A stretch of DNA of 64,000 bases from the human T2T-CHM13v2.0 reference genome, Homo sapiens, in NCBI RefSeq assembly GCF_009914755.1, contig NC_060928.1; one strand, given 5' to 3'. Positions 1 through 19,907 of this stretch are shown here, one piece after another. The notes beneath the pieces are model-generated. The model was not told where the DNA came from and made no database searches. It was given only the letters and a program-made list of their open reading frames with translations. Positions within the stretch are counted from its first letter, which is position 1, and every line of letters begins with the position of its first letter. The position numbers were made by a program, and so were the translations under genes.

Positions 1-426
1 AGACATGTATTATATAAAATATATTGCAGATATAACTTAGATCTAGACTTTTTATTCCTTTATATAATCTCTTTGATATACAAAAATCTATAATTATACA
101 GGTTTTCATCAACACCTTTCTAGCTTTTATTTGAAATTTCATGTGTTTATACTTGTGGTTTGAAAGCTGTTATGCATTCTTAAACATTTTTCTTCAAACA
201 TACTTGCATGCACCCTGACTTACTCTAATTCCTTTTCTAAATTCCTTTTTTGGCTCATCTGTCCTAAACCTGGAAGGTGTAATGTAGTTTAACAATAATA
301 TTTTACATCTGTAGTTTGTGAATAATGTCTTTCTTACAAATGGAATTATTAAATATTTATGCAACATGAATGATTTTGATGCCATATTGTAAAGTGTGTC
401 AAAGAGATGATCTAGTCCTGCTCTAA

Positions 427-751
<325 letters not shown>

Positions 752-959
752 TTGACAGATGATACACTACCAAAAAATAATTCAGAGCACAAATAGACTG
801 AATGTGGGAAAGACAAAATGAGAAGTTGGTGGGAACATTTATGAAATGTGAAGTTGATTCAGTCTGTTATTCTGTCTTTAGGTGATGCCATCAGGGAATA
901 TCTTAGGGAAGACTAGAATTGGTGTTTTACGATTTTACTTTTAAAATTTGGTATCAAGT

Positions 960-2070
960 CCTCCTGATATCTTAGTTATCCTCAGTCTAAACCACAGTGC
1001 TCAGCCATTAGTGAAACTGCTATATTTGGAAAGTGATTAGATTTTAGCTTCTTTTCTTCACTTCATATTTCTCCTCAACCAAAGTGGGTATTCTAGCTGA
1101 AGTATGGCAGCATTTCCTTAGCACTCTGCTTTGTCCATGCTGTCCATCATTTATGGGGTATGTAGAGTCTTCACATCTATAATGTTTCCTTGCAGCCCTC
1201 ACCTGTCTAGACAGAGAATGCTGATCTTTGTTGTTTTTCTTTATATGACCATCCTGTCGTTCACCTGATCATTTGTTTTTATTTGTTTGAATTGTCCTTC
1301 GTTTCTGTTTTTTTTTTTTTGCGAAAGCAAGGTTATAGATTTTTTATTCAGCAGCAGATATTTTTGGAGAGCTAGTCTATGTTAGACCAGAACTGCATGT
1401 AGTATTTCAAGTAAAGATGAACTCTGGTGTTAGATGAGAACCATATTTTCTATTCTCTAGTGATGTCTGTGTCATTGTTAGCTTTTTTGGCTGCAGGAAC
1501 TTATTAATGCATTATCCCAGAGGTGACTTCTAGCTCCTTTTCATGATGACTAAGGCCCTTATCCTGAGAAGTATAGTAACCCTATAGTTTTCCAGTTTGA
1601 ATCTTATTTGATGTTTTTCCCCCTAGTAAATCTCATAAAGTTTTGGAGATCTTGTAGGTTAGCCCACTGACTTGGCATTTCACATGCTGGAAAAACTTAG
1701 TATCTTTTGCAGACCTGGAAAATTTAATCTATATTTCCTCTTTTACATCATTTGTAAAAATGTTAAGGCTACTTCCAGCACCTTCCCTGTTTATGGTTTT
1801 CCTGCCAAAATAATTCCTTTTTTCACTGTCTTTGTTTCTCCAGTAAAAATTCATCGAATCCTATGATGACTCAGTTCATTATAATAACTTTTGTGGTAGT
1901 ACCTTGTCAAGGGCTTTTAAAAAAAATCCAGTGGATTATATTGACTGGTTTCTCCCTTGAGGCTCTACACAAGTTTTAACTTACCGAGACATGATTAGCC
2001 CTGCAAAAAAAAAAAAAAAAAAAATGAAAAGCTAGACCCCCTCCCATGATTATATGTGTTAAATTCTTCC
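960..2070 (-). mobile_element. Ancient CR1/L3-type LINE remnant (RT and 3' ORF2 region)
   Basis: The minus strand carries degenerate CR1 RT motifs in the right order: ~1899-1936 (LDF.KALDKVP, cf. YLDFxKAFDKVPH), ~1693-1719 (SRSAKDTKF, cf. SKFADDTKL) and ~1165-1215 (LDR*GLQGNIIDVK, cf. LEKRRLRGDLIEVYK). Boundaries are approximate. Confidence 0.7.
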
Positions 2071-2334
2071 GTGACCTTATACTTTAGCATACACAGACCT
2101 TAGAAATTTGTCAAATTGCTAAGAAGTAATTATAACACGAAATTAGGGAAACGTGAGGGGCTGTGGATAAAAGAGGTGACATTGAGACTTAATGTAGATG
2201 GTTGAAATGCAAGTACATACAAGTAGCAGCAGGAAGAAAAAGCAGATATACACACACATACAAACCCCGAGAGGCTACAGTGGTTTTCTTTTATATGTTC
2301 TAGGCAGTGCGTAGGCCTGTCACATTGAAGATAG

Positions 2335-2445
2335 TAGTTACTGTCAACCCATTTTACAGATGAAGGATTTTAATGCACAGTGAGGTTCAGCCAGTGGTAG
2401 TGCTGGATTCTAATGTAGGACCCTCAGCTTCTAAATCCATACTCA
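2335..2445 (-). mobile_element. MIR fragment
   Basis: MIR core cccattttacagatgaagg followed by degenerate MIR sequence. Confidence 0.6.
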
Positions 2446-5400
2446 AATGTTGGAGGTCTGTTAGAGCCAGATATTATACTGGTTATTGATGAAACAAAGA
2501 TGACTGACAATCAGCCCTGGTGGTTCATGAGCTTGAAAGACCCCTGAGGCAAGGAGACATGTGTGACAACTGTATGAGATGATAATTGCATGTGGAAGGT
2601 GCTGTTAGAGCACAGAGAAAGGTTGATAATTAAAGAGCCTTCGAGATAAAGACTTGGGTTATCAATCATATCCTGAGGAGAGAGGTGGATAAAGAGAGAC
2701 AGTGTTTAAAATATATGGAAAAATATATTTTGAACTTTAAATGATGTAATCTCCCTTATTCTACCCTTTCAGTTAATGTAACATTTCTATACAGAGAGTA
2801 CTGGCAGTGTATTTTAAGAGCAAAGTTACCACATATTTACTAATATTGACTTTTCTGTTTGATCCGTCTATTGTCTAACTACAGTGACATTTTAGTGAAT
2901 GTGAGGAACTAGATAGCCCAGGTAACTTGCTAACGGTAGAGGGATGCAAGATGAAGAAAAAGACTCATTTGAAATCAGTTGATAATGTCTGAAATGATAT
3001 TTTTAAACTTAAAAATTATTTTGAAGGAAGCACTGTGACATACACTCATTGTATGGCTTGATGGAGGATTGATGTTAAATTATAGGGAGGACCAGAAAGT
3101 ATGTGCTAAAAACCACAGTAAAAACCTTCAAGAAGAGTTTCATCTTGTAACTCCTGTGATTAAATTTTCTCTAACATTTTAGTGACTCTAGGTCATCATC
3201 TGTAATAGAGATATTACCTATATTTTATCCTTCTGATTTGATTCATCAGAATGCACCAGAGTGGATGGCAATGAAATGACTGCAGCAGTTTTCCAGGCTG
3301 GTTTGCAGCCTGCCCATACTGTCATCATCTGCCAGCCAGCCAGTGGGCTTCATATCTTCACACACTTTTTCCAGAAAGGACCTCCCCTTTGTCTTCAGCA
3401 TGTTGTTGTTAATTTTTTGGCATAGCAAAATGCAGAAGGGCCTATTGGCTGTGGCAGTGGAGTTCAGCTGAGGCAGAGTTACTGTAAAAAAAGAAATCTT
3501 TAGTTTCCAAAATAACCAGATTAAACACATATTTTACATAAAGCCAAGGAGTTATGAGGAAAGCAAGGTTTAAAATGATGTTAAAAGTAAAATAGCAAAT
3601 TTGCTTTTTAAAATACTTAATATTTAAAATATTTGATATTACAGGTACTATCTGTGTGTTAAATGAACACATTTTTGCTAATCCAGTAGTCACCACTTGA
3701 TTTTCCAAAGGAATATAAATATTGCAAAAATGTAATAAGATATAGTATAATTTGTAACAAATAGAAAGCTTCCTTAGTGACTCCTTAGATTCCAAAATAT
3801 AATTTTTCCATTATGGAAAATTATATTTATGTTGAACATAAATAATCAGATGTTTGCTTCACTAATGATCCAGCTTATTTTAAAATTATGTTACTGGATT
3901 TAACGATGTGACCTCTGTTCTGCGACTTTGTGTATTCTGGAGGCTTGTTATGCATGTCAAGGGTATTTCCTTTTATTTGTTTTAATTTTACCTGCCATTT
4001 AAATCATTGAATGACCCTTCATAATTGTATTATGAAACCATATAATAAGGAAGGACTAGTTGATTATTTTTTACTTTAACTTTCTTAATCTCATATAATT
4101 CAAATCTTCTTTGTGTTCTCATTTCTCAGGTCAAATAATTTTTCGTTTGTAATTTTTCATCACAGTAATGGATGGGATAGAGTAATATGTTTCAATACAT
4201 TTATTGTTCTTATTTTAGCATTTTACATCTGTTCTCTTTTTCGGAAGAGGAAGTCAAGTAGTATGTTGAAAAGAGCATACGATTGAGAGACAGGAAAGGT
4301 CATAATCTAGAATCTGGACTGATCACTTAAAATGGAATATTGGCCAACTGGAATGGGAAAATCTTATCTTGGTTAATAATAGTAGCATATATCATTAGTT
4401 CCTTTAGAGCAAGGTACCATAACTGTTTCATCTTTGTATCTTTTTTCTTCTGGTGTTTTTGGAATTTCAGAGACAAAAGAGAATGTTTGTGACTTAAGTC
4501 CCTTCTAAACCTTTCAGCTCTAAGATTTTATAATTCTTTATATGAGACTGATACGTACAAATCTAATAATTATACAGAGTACCATTTACACAATTTTATG
4601 AATAAACTCATTACTTGGGAGTTGCAAATTATTTAGGTTAGTAGAAAATAATTCTGCCACAATAAATACTGTATTCTTTTCTTAGAATTATTTGCTAAGA
4701 ACTTTTAAGGCAGTTGTTGAAACGATTTTGTTCAGAAGTCAGATGCAGTTTCATGTTTGACTGTATTAGATTATAATGGCTAATTTTACCAGAGATAAAA
4801 AATACGCAGAGGTTGCCAGCAACATGATAAATTAGTTTCTGTGATTACAAATTTTCACTAATCAATAAGGGATAATTTCCCTGTGTATCTCATTGGTTAT
4901 CTTTGTTTCTTTGACTCCCACAGGAAGTCTCTTTTAAAAACTCTTTGTAATATGAAAACAAAAACTGAACCAGGTTGAAGTGTTATGCAGTTGAACTGGT
5001 TCCCTCTTTGAGAAGTTAATGCCTGTTGTATTCTTTTCCTAAAATATTATGTAGTCACACTGTTCTGTGATTGTTTAAATGTTAAGATTTCTTGAAAATG
5101 TCTGGGAAACCTGATACGTGCTTATTATTTTCAGGTTGATTAGTAATTTCCTTTTAAGACACTATATTTTCATACAGCAGTCAACTCTATTATTTTTATA
5201 TGTGTGGGGATTTCAGAGGTATTTTCTAGATAACCCATACCAAATTTTTAATCTCATCATGCTTCTGTGCAACCTCCCCTATGACACGTCAGTATTTGCT
5301 AACTGGAAAATTATATTTATCAAGCTAACTAAAATACAATTGAGAGGACAGATAATCAAAGCCCCTGGTAATTCATCCTGGAGCATTTGCTCTTAGTATA

Positions 5401-6159
5401 AAATAGGAAGCCTCCACTAAAAACTACAGAGTTGCTTGTTTTACATGAATTGTTTGCTCTTAAGGAAAAAATTTGAGGTTCTTAAGAAATAGAAAAAATG
5501 TTCTTGTCCATAGTGAATGGATTAGGGTTCATGATGATAAAATCTTTTAATCAGAAATGAGAAAGAATGTGAAACAGGGTAAGGCAAATCCCCTTTATGT
5601 GGACTCTTTTCTTAGAAGTTGGATTAAAAATGAAAAAAAAATTGGATAACCTTTATACCCAACATGTATAAGTTTATTTATGAATTTTTTCTTCTTGTGC
5701 TTTTCTGTTTCTTTGGAACCTGATTCATAATTCACTTTGGGAAAATATTCTGTTAATCTCATTCCTGTTGACTCAGTCCCTCCCTTTCTCTGCCTGCACT
5801 ATCTTCCATTCTTATGTACTCTGCACTGTATCAATTTCTAATTACTGATTTCCTGAATTGTTAGTGTGCTTCCATCCTCACAGTTTTAACTGTATGAAAT
5901 GTCAAAACCTGTCTTCTGTTTCTCTCTCTATCTTTTACAATATGGAATATAGAACCCAAAAGATGCTTGGTCAGTGTTGATTAACTGACTTTCTTTTGTA
6001 TGGTTCTGATCTTTATTTTTTCATAATGGCGGAAATTTTCATTTTTAAAGTACATGAGGAACCTTAGAATTTTTTAAATGTATGATTTGTTGCATTTGTT
6101 TTAAAATTGCATTCTGGGACACGAAAAAGGAAAAAAATTCTCTTCTGTATTTTGACTAA

Positions 6160-6335
6160 AACTAGTGTAGAAGGTTCTATACTGAACTTTCGAGGCAGAT
6201 ATCTGAGTTTGTATTCCAGCTTTCCCACTCAGTGTCCTCATCTGTAGAATGAAGATAATAAGAATACCAGTTCAGTAAGGATCATGTGGGAATTACAAGA
6301 AATACCTGGCACATAATAGTTGTTCAATAAATGTT
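6160..6335 (+). mobile_element. MIR fragment
   Basis: cctcatctgtagaatgaagataata core and a cctggcacataatagttgttcaataaatgtt 3' end. Confidence 0.7.
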
Positions 6336-6924
6336 CACTCTTGTTCTTTATTTTTAGATGTCTTAAATGGCATTAGCACTCAGCCTGCTTTACCAGGTTA
6401 CTATATGAGATTCTCCTACTAAAACAGAATGAGGAAAATGTACAGTTAATTGATCAATTTTAAGGAGAAACTGTTTTCTTGTAAAATGTTTCTAAGCCCA
6501 AAAATTATTTGATCGCAAAATGTTCGTATTGAAATATAAGTGCCTAATTTCAAAAAGGAAGCTCTTTAGCAACAAAGTTGTTTCCTTTTTTTCCAATTTA
6601 AGATATTTCCATCTCTATTTCAAATGCTTGCTTCTAAAAAAAAGTTTAGTGAAATAAGAGGATAAATTTTATGTTTTTATTGATTTGAATGACATTTTCC
6701 CTTGGATGAATTATGAAATGTCTGGTTAACTTTAGCATTAGTGAAGCTTGAATAGATTTTAATATTAAGCAAGTGTTTAGTTGCTTGACATGATCAGTTT
6801 ACACTATTGCAGAGCCTTAATTAAAGTTTTATTAAACTGTGTAAACCGTGATCCAGTTTGGATTTGAAAGTAGATAGACATCTGTTTCAAATATTATTAC
6901 TACGGTTAGAAATTAATAGCCTTT

Positions 6925-7258
<334 letters not shown>

Positions 7259-8781
7259 TTAAGGTTTCTCTTTTGAAATTTTTGTTGTTGTTTCCTCACT
7301 ATTTCCTCTGTATTAAAATAATTTTGAGGTATAAGTTATTTTAAAAATCACTCTAATAATGTTTATATTATCTATACAAAAGAAAAGCAAGGAAATATTT
7401 GGGAGTATTTGATCAAAGAACAGTAAAACAAGACTGTTTTCTGTGAAAAGCAGATTTTATGGTGATGCATCATAAGCATTTGAGACAGCTTTCTTGATTG
7501 GCGACCATTGTGCCTTCCTTCCTCCCTGGCTTTTTTCTTTATGAAGTGAAGATTAATTCTAAGTTAATTTTGGTTCTCATTTTGCTCACTTACATAATAA
7601 ACGCGAAGTACTCGTATTCTCTTTTTTCTTTCTTCACCTCAGTGGCATTAGAAAATTCTTCAGCAAATGCAATTATTTAGCTACTTGTATATGCGTTTTA
7701 GTTGTGGTAAGGAATCTTGATATATTTCAAGCAGAATTATTTAATGCTGTCTAGAGAACAACATCAGAATTTAAATTTTCTATTAAACTGTGCTTATTAA
7801 AATGGTAGAAAACAAAACTTGTAATACCCCAGAGTCAGAATCCATCCAGTTACTACATTGCTATGTCTTGGTTCTGCAAGACTTGATTATTACATGAATA
7901 CGCGTTCAATGGAAACATTATAAAATACAGGAAAAGGCCAGAAAGGAAAAAGAAAATCACCTGAAACTGCACCACTTAGAGCCTGTTATTTGTTACCATT
8001 TTGATATATTTCCTTTATCCTTTCTCCTAAATTATTTTTAGATATGCTAACAAAAGTGTGAATTACCATCTTAATTTTGTATTTTATTTTTGCTTGAATG
8101 ATTTATGAATTTTTCCTTATATCATTACATATTTTTCAAAATACTGTTTTAATTAATGACTGGAAATACTCATTTGTATCTATTTTCCTTATTTTTATCA
8201 TAACAGTACAGTGAACATCTTTATGAATAGGTCCTTTAATATTTATATGAAAGCTTTTATATGTATCACCAGTTGCTTTCCAGTCATCATTCTAATTTAC
8301 AATTCTACCAGCAGAGTATCTATTTAATTTCTCTCATATTTTAAGAGAAGTGTGTTAATATTTCAGTTATCTCCATGAAATCTCCATAAGCCTCAGAAAA
8401 AGAAAACAAAATTTGAAGGACCCCAAAATGAAAGTAGTTTTGAATAGGTGAGAACCTGCTTCATGTTATTTTTATTTAAAAAAAGGAAAAGAAAGATAAA
8501 CAGGAGCTTTTACTGCTTACAAATACTGGCCATTACCTTTGATATATAATTTTATTACATTATAAAAGAAATGCAAATTAACCCTAATCATTTTTCTGTT
8601 ATTATGGTTCTGAGTTTTACTTAATAACTATAGGAATGATTTAAAGGAAAAAAGCTATTAATTCATACAGAAATCCTTGTAGTCAATGGCAGAAGTGACC
8701 TTAAAAAAATCTAATTGAAACCCTTTTTTGATATGCAAAATGAGATTTAAGATGGTTCTGTGTTTTGTGAAAAGGCCCTTA

Positions 8782-9154
<373 letters not shown>

Positions 9155-9299
9155 GTGTATATATATGTATATATGTTTTTAAATGAAATAATTCTTCTCT
9201 TAAAGGATATATAATAATAATAAATAGAGTAAATGCTTGTACATCCAATAGTCAGCTTGTGAAACAAAGTAATACCAATAACTTGTAAGCCTCTTATGC

Positions 9300-10660
9300 A
9301 TTCCTCAGTTGCATTTGGCATCTTTCCTTCCCATCTGAGTAAACACTAACCTGAGTTTTATGTCTATTATTCACTGGTTTTTAAAAAATAATTTTATCAT
9401 ATATGTGTGTATACCTAACCAGCATATTTTTGAGCTTTATAAAAATACGACTCTTTAGGTAGTGTCCTGTGTTTTACTTTTCCCTTCAAATTTATGTTTT
9501 TGAAATTCATCCATTTTGCTTGAAGATGTATTTCACTTTCTTTCATTGCTTTGTGATACACTGTTGGGGGAATAGATCACAATTTATTTTTCCATTTACT
9601 TCCTGATAGGGTATTTCTATATATTTGCTATTATAAAGAATGATGTTATGGGCTTCTTGTATTAACTCTTGGTGCACCAGTAACAAGATGCTCTTTTTTA
9701 AATGTATAAGACGGTGCTATATTGTTTTCCAAAGTAGTCCACATTCCCACCAGCAGCATGTGGATAATTCCTATTTGTACCTCATCCTAGTCCATACTTA
9801 ATATTTTCAGATTTATTAAATACTTGCTAATATCCAGGTTTAAAATTTCTTAGTGGGGTCATAACTGATGTTTTCATGATTGTTAATGATGATGAGCCAT
9901 GTTTTCATGCATTTTGTCCATTTGTTCTTTTCCTCTGCCAACTTTGTGAAGTGCCTGTTCATATCTTTTGCTGATTTCGTATTAGATTGGTTGTTCTTTT
10001 CTTAGTGACTTTTAGGGATTTTTTTTTGTTTATTATGAATGCTAATTTTTAGTTAAATGCATTGCAGACATCTTTTTATGACTTAGGGTTTCTCTATTTT
10101 ACCTTTTTATGTAGCTTTAGTGACAGAAGTTCTCAATTTTAATGTAGTCAAATTTTTCATTCTTTTAATTTACGGTTTATAATTTTTGTGCCTTGTTTAA
10201 ATCATCTTTGTCCACCCCAACATCATAATGATATTCTCTTAATAGTCTTAATCTATATGTAATTGAATTTTTTTCTTGAGGTGTGAGTTAAGGTCCAATT
10301 CTATTTTTTTCCATATAAATATGTGTAACCTATTTATGTATAACCTATTGTCCAAATGCAATTTATTGAATGTATCTATCCTTTCATTCTAGAGTAATTG
10401 TCCATTAATGTCAGCCCTGTTGTATATCAAATTTCTCTACACACATATGAGGGCCTGTTTCTGAGCTTTTAAATTTTGCTCCATAGGTCTGGTTTTTATT
10501 CTTGTGGTAATATTACATTGCCTTAACTAGAATATAATATAGAATAGAAATAGTGATAATGATCATATTTTTCTTTTTCTTGTAGGGTCTAAATCTAACA
10601 TCACTATTAAGAATGATAACTGATCTAGATTTTATATATACATTTATCATGTTGAGGTTG
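9300..10660 (-). mobile_element. Old L1M(E)-type LINE-1 fragments
   Basis: T-rich antisense L1 phrases (attgttttccaaagt, cattcccaccagcagcatg, gaagtgcctgttcatatcttttgc, ttttaatgtagtcaaattt). Boundaries are approximate. Confidence 0.65.
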
Positions 10661-10665
10661 TTCTT

Positions 10666-11017
<352 letters not shown>

Positions 11018-11284
11018 TTAAATGGATATTAAGCTGTATCAAATTATTCTGTATCTTTGAGATCGTAAAAGTTCCCCCCCTTCCCTTAATCTCTATGTTA
11101 CATTTGTTGGGTTACATTTGTTGATTTCATAATGTTAAATTGCTCTTATTTTCTAGGATAGACTCAATTTGATCATGACATGTAATTAATAATCTTTTTA
11201 ATTGCCTGCTAGATTTGGTTTGCTAATGTCTCATTTAGGATTCTTGCATGTGTTCATTAATGAGATTAGCTTTTTTTCATGTCA

Positions 11285-12826
<1,542 letters not shown>

Positions 12827-12834
12827 AATAACAA

Positions 12835-15340
<2,506 letters not shown>

Positions 15341-15634
15341 TTTTAATTTTATTTCCTATTGTCAATAAGAGACTTAGGAATCCAGGTATAGTAACCTAAT
15401 GGAATGAGGTTGGGAGTGTAAGTAATTTTTCTGTTTTTTGGATGAACTTGTATAATATTAGGTTTTGTTCCTTGAAAGTTTGATAGAACTTTGTAAAATT
15501 ATCTGAACTTACAAGATTACTTTTTAAACTACTTAGATTTCTTATTTGTTATGAGTTTTCAGGTCTCCTGTTTCTATTTGAATAGTTTTTCAAAATTATA
15601 TTTACATTTTCTCTTTTGTGTAAACTTTTTAAAA

Positions 15635-15773
15635 TTTTTTCTTTTTTTTGTTTGGTAGAGATGAGGTCTTGCTATGTGGCACAGACTAGTCTTATACTCC
15701 TGGCCTCAAGTGATCTTCCTGCCTTGGCCTCTCAAAGTGCTGGGATTACAGGTGTGAGCCACTGCACCCAGCC
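15635..15773 (-). mobile_element. Alu left monomer (FLAM-like)
   Basis: A single monomer: T-rich tail, then tagagatgaggtcttgctatgt...gagccactgcacccagcc. Confidence 0.9.
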
Positions 15774-15802
15774 TAAATGTTAACATACATTGGCATAAAA
15801 TT

Positions 15803-16420
15803 TATACTGGGCCCAGTTGATTTCTCTGCCCAGATTCATTTGGCTCCCTTCTCAAACCTCAGTTGCTTGTCCTACTTCCTTTTTAGAGTGGCCACAGTAG
15901 CAGCTCATGTCATTCTTGTGGTTGTAAAGCCCTGGCCATTTTCATTGTAACCTCATCTTTGATACCATACAGGTCATCTTAGCCTCCTCTTTGGTACAGC
16001 CTTCCTGTGACCTTTAGGGTAAGAGTCATAACAAATTCAAGGCATGATGTGCCGCATCTGGACCTACAAAGCCTCAAGCTTCACCAGCAGCTGCTTGGAG
16101 GGGTCAGGCCTCAAAATATTAATACAAGAAAGTTATGCTATGGAGCAAACACTGACCCATGAGTGGTGGGAGATAGAAAGGAGCTGAGACAAATGGTCTC
16201 CATTTAGCCTCTGTGGAGATATGCCTGTGACTTGTAGCTTACCGCGATTCCTTGCAAGGCCATAGCCAGTTTGTTAATGTACCACCTTATAGTTGTTTTC
16301 CCTCCTGTCCTGCCTCATTTCCCCTTTTCCCTTACTCTTCCTTCCCTGTGCTCACCAAAGAATTATTGACATGTAAACTTGGCCTCAAACTCTGATTTCT
16401 AAAGAATTCAGGCAAAACTA
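15803..16420 (+). mobile_element. LTR16-like ERVL 5' LTR
   Basis: LTR16-type core (gaaagttatgctatggagcaaacactgacccatgag) and end (cttggcctcaaactctgatttctaaagaattcaggcaaaacta), followed directly by ERVL internal sequence. Confidence 0.6.
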
Positions 16421-17486
16421 ATTATAATCAGTGGTGCTCCTAGCACATAGGTACTTAGGATGGGGTTAAATTAGATTGCTTCCCTCTTTGAAGGCTGTAA
16501 GGACTGCTAGTCGTCAGGGAGCTGACAATGACCTTGGCATGCAGTGGCATCACAATGACCACAGCTTTCAATGATGATAATTTTGCATAAGATATGGGTG
16601 AAAAGAAAGACATGTAGCTGTTGCATTTGATGGGCATGGGGGTGGGGCATGGATAACTGTAAGGATTTTGGTGTTTTGGCAGCATTAAAGACTTTAGAAA
16701 AGAAAAAGATGGGCCCCAGGTAGCTCACAGCCAGCTTAAGGCACACTGTGAAAGCCAGAGAACTGCTATAATTTCTTTAAGGGAGATCTCATTCCACATT
16801 CACAGAGAATATTATGTTGAAAATTAACCCCAAGATATAAGAGTGGCAAGGCTGCAGTATAAGACTGAAGGTACAGTTTTGACAGATCACCTGTCAAAGC
16901 CAGGGCTTTGATAGAGAAATAGTAGGATGCTGACACCTGGAAATGAGACCTCTGGGTATATGTGCTGAACAATATTGAATCCTTAATTTTTTCCAAGTCA
17001 TTTTAGCCAGGAGAAAATAGCCCTACTTTCTCTGGATTCTATATAGTGACCTTTCCTGAAGTTAGTTCTATGTATGATTATGCTTATTCTCCTCAAGATC
17101 TGGCCACATCATCACTCACTACTTCTAGGCTGAATTGCTTAAGTAGCATCTTAGCATAGGCTAAGTGGGTAATTATGATCCCTGCTCTGTGAAGAATATA
17201 GTATATGTTAAAATAATATGCCATAATAATTCGGGTATTATGGAAACATTTGTAGAATAGATCTTGAGGACATGGGAAGATGAGAGGGCATGGAATATAA
17301 GGTTCTGCTGGATGAAGATGTATTATCATGCGGGTACTTACCCCTGTGTGATTTGGAATTACATGTTCTAGCAAGGGCATATGGAAATGTCAGAGCTTCT
17401 TTGGCATGTTATTGAGAAAGGGGTCAAAATTCATAGTGGGCAGAAATATTAGAAATATACTTTGTAAGACTTGAGAATTCACCACC

Positions 17487-18106
<620 letters not shown>

Positions 18107-18419
18107 GTAAACGTAACCACTTTTATTCCCCAGGACATTTTTTGTTTTACCAGGGCGACAAGGAATGAATTATTGACCCTATGGCTGAATGCCCAACCTG
18201 GGATCAATACCAAGCCCTTGATATGTAGGAGACCAGTTGCCGCCTAGTCTGATGGCAGATGGGTCATCTTGGAGGTCTTGGACCTTAAAAGACGTACTAA
18301 AGCATCCTTACCAGAATTGACATACACTCCACGTAGAGGTTTTTTATTCCCCTGCAGGCAGAGATCCTGCCAGTATCACCATGTGAATGTTCAGTCCATT
18401 GACTCAGGGCCTAATATGT

Positions 18420-18915
18420 TGATGGGGTTCAGGACAAGCTACTGAAACATGGCACCTTGGCTTATTAAATATTTTAAGCTAAAGGAATTTAAGAAATGGC
18501 ATCTCCGGTTCTCCCCTGAAGCAGGTTATAAGGCCCTCATGTGACAGGTACCCTCCCTGTATCCAGAGGAAAGAAGTATTCTTATCTCTGAAGATTGGAA
18601 GGACAGTGAGAGGAGTCGAAGTGAACAGGCCTTGCTAAGTTTCGCCAGTTTATTACACTTAGCTCAGCCTCTTTGTCCTTTCATATATTTCCATAGCTCT
18701 TCATCAAATGAAACACAAAAACGCTCAGGTTTGACCACAAAAATGAAGGTTTAACCACGTCTTTGGTTCTTCATTTGCTTTAAGAATGGCTCCCATGTTA
18801 TGTAAAACTTATATTAAATAAATCTGTATGCTTTTCTTTTGATAATCTTTTGTTACAGGGGCTCTAGGCGAGAACTTAGATGGGTAGAAAGAAAAGATAT
18901 TTTTTCTTTCTTGCA
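18420..18915 (+). mobile_element. ERV1-class solo LTR (MER34/MER39-like)
   Basis: Starts tgatggggttcaggaca..atggcaccttggc..aatattttaagctaaaggaattt, has attaaataaa near the 3' end and ends ..ttgca. Flanks atgt/atat are a near 4-bp TSD. Confidence 0.72.
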
Positions 18916-19907
18916 ATATCAATGTGGTAACCCACACAGTATTTCCTTTGACCAAGGGACCTATTTTATACTGGAACTCATGATCACAAGATTCACTGGA
19001 GTTAGTATGTTTCTAATACCCAGAAGCATTTGGATAGGAGGTTTGAGTGGCCTGTGGAATGGAATAAATATTCAGTAAAAGCAGCAACTTGTGGACAACT
19101 CCGTGGGGTTCAATGTGGTATATATGGGGCTGAGTTGGTAATAGAACAAGAGAATCTGAAAATCAAAGGGTGGAAGTTGGATTTACCTTCTGCCATCAGT
19201 TACAGTGACCCACTTGTAGATTTTGTGCTTCTTGTCCCTGCAGTCTTAAGCTCTCCCAGGTAAGAGGTCCTGATTCATGGAGGATGGGGTGAGGAACACT
19301 TTAGCCACAGGACACAGTAAGAATTCTCTTGACTGGAAGCTGCGACCACAATATATTCACTTTGAGCTTATGACAGTGCACCAGCAGGCATAAAGAAGCA
19401 TTGGTAGACCAATGAACTGTGAACACCAGGAGGAGTTAAGGTTATTGCTACATACTGGGGACAGGGAGGAGTATCTCTGGCCCAGGGGATTCCCTGGGCT
19501 GTCTTCTGGTCTTTTGCTGCCTAGTGGCAACTGTGAATGGACATTTTGAACAGCCATAGCCTGACAAAAGCAAGGAAACTATAGGCCCAAGCCTTTTGGG
19601 AATAAAAGTCTGGGTCACCCCATAAGGCAAAAACCAGACCACCCAGAGCACTGGCTGTGGGTGAAGGGAATCTGACGTAGGAGGTGCAGGAGGGAGATGA
19701 CAAACACAGATTTACAGGACCAGCTGCAAAAGGCACAAATCATACCTTGGTTTACTAAATCTCTTTCTAGGCAAGTGCAAGTGCAATTCTTCACAACCAT
19801 GAAGAACTGGACTTGTACCTCTTCTCTTGGAGAAGAGATGAGGGCATCTTTTAGATCTGCCTTTCATAAGAGAGTGCAAATTAATCTGAGCGACAGAAGG
19901 AGAGGAT

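Noticed and set aside
19225-19267. Second AG|GTAAG motif (ctctcccaggtaagag)
   Set aside because: It lies inside degraded ERVL sequence with a competing upstream AG, and such motifs occur by chance.
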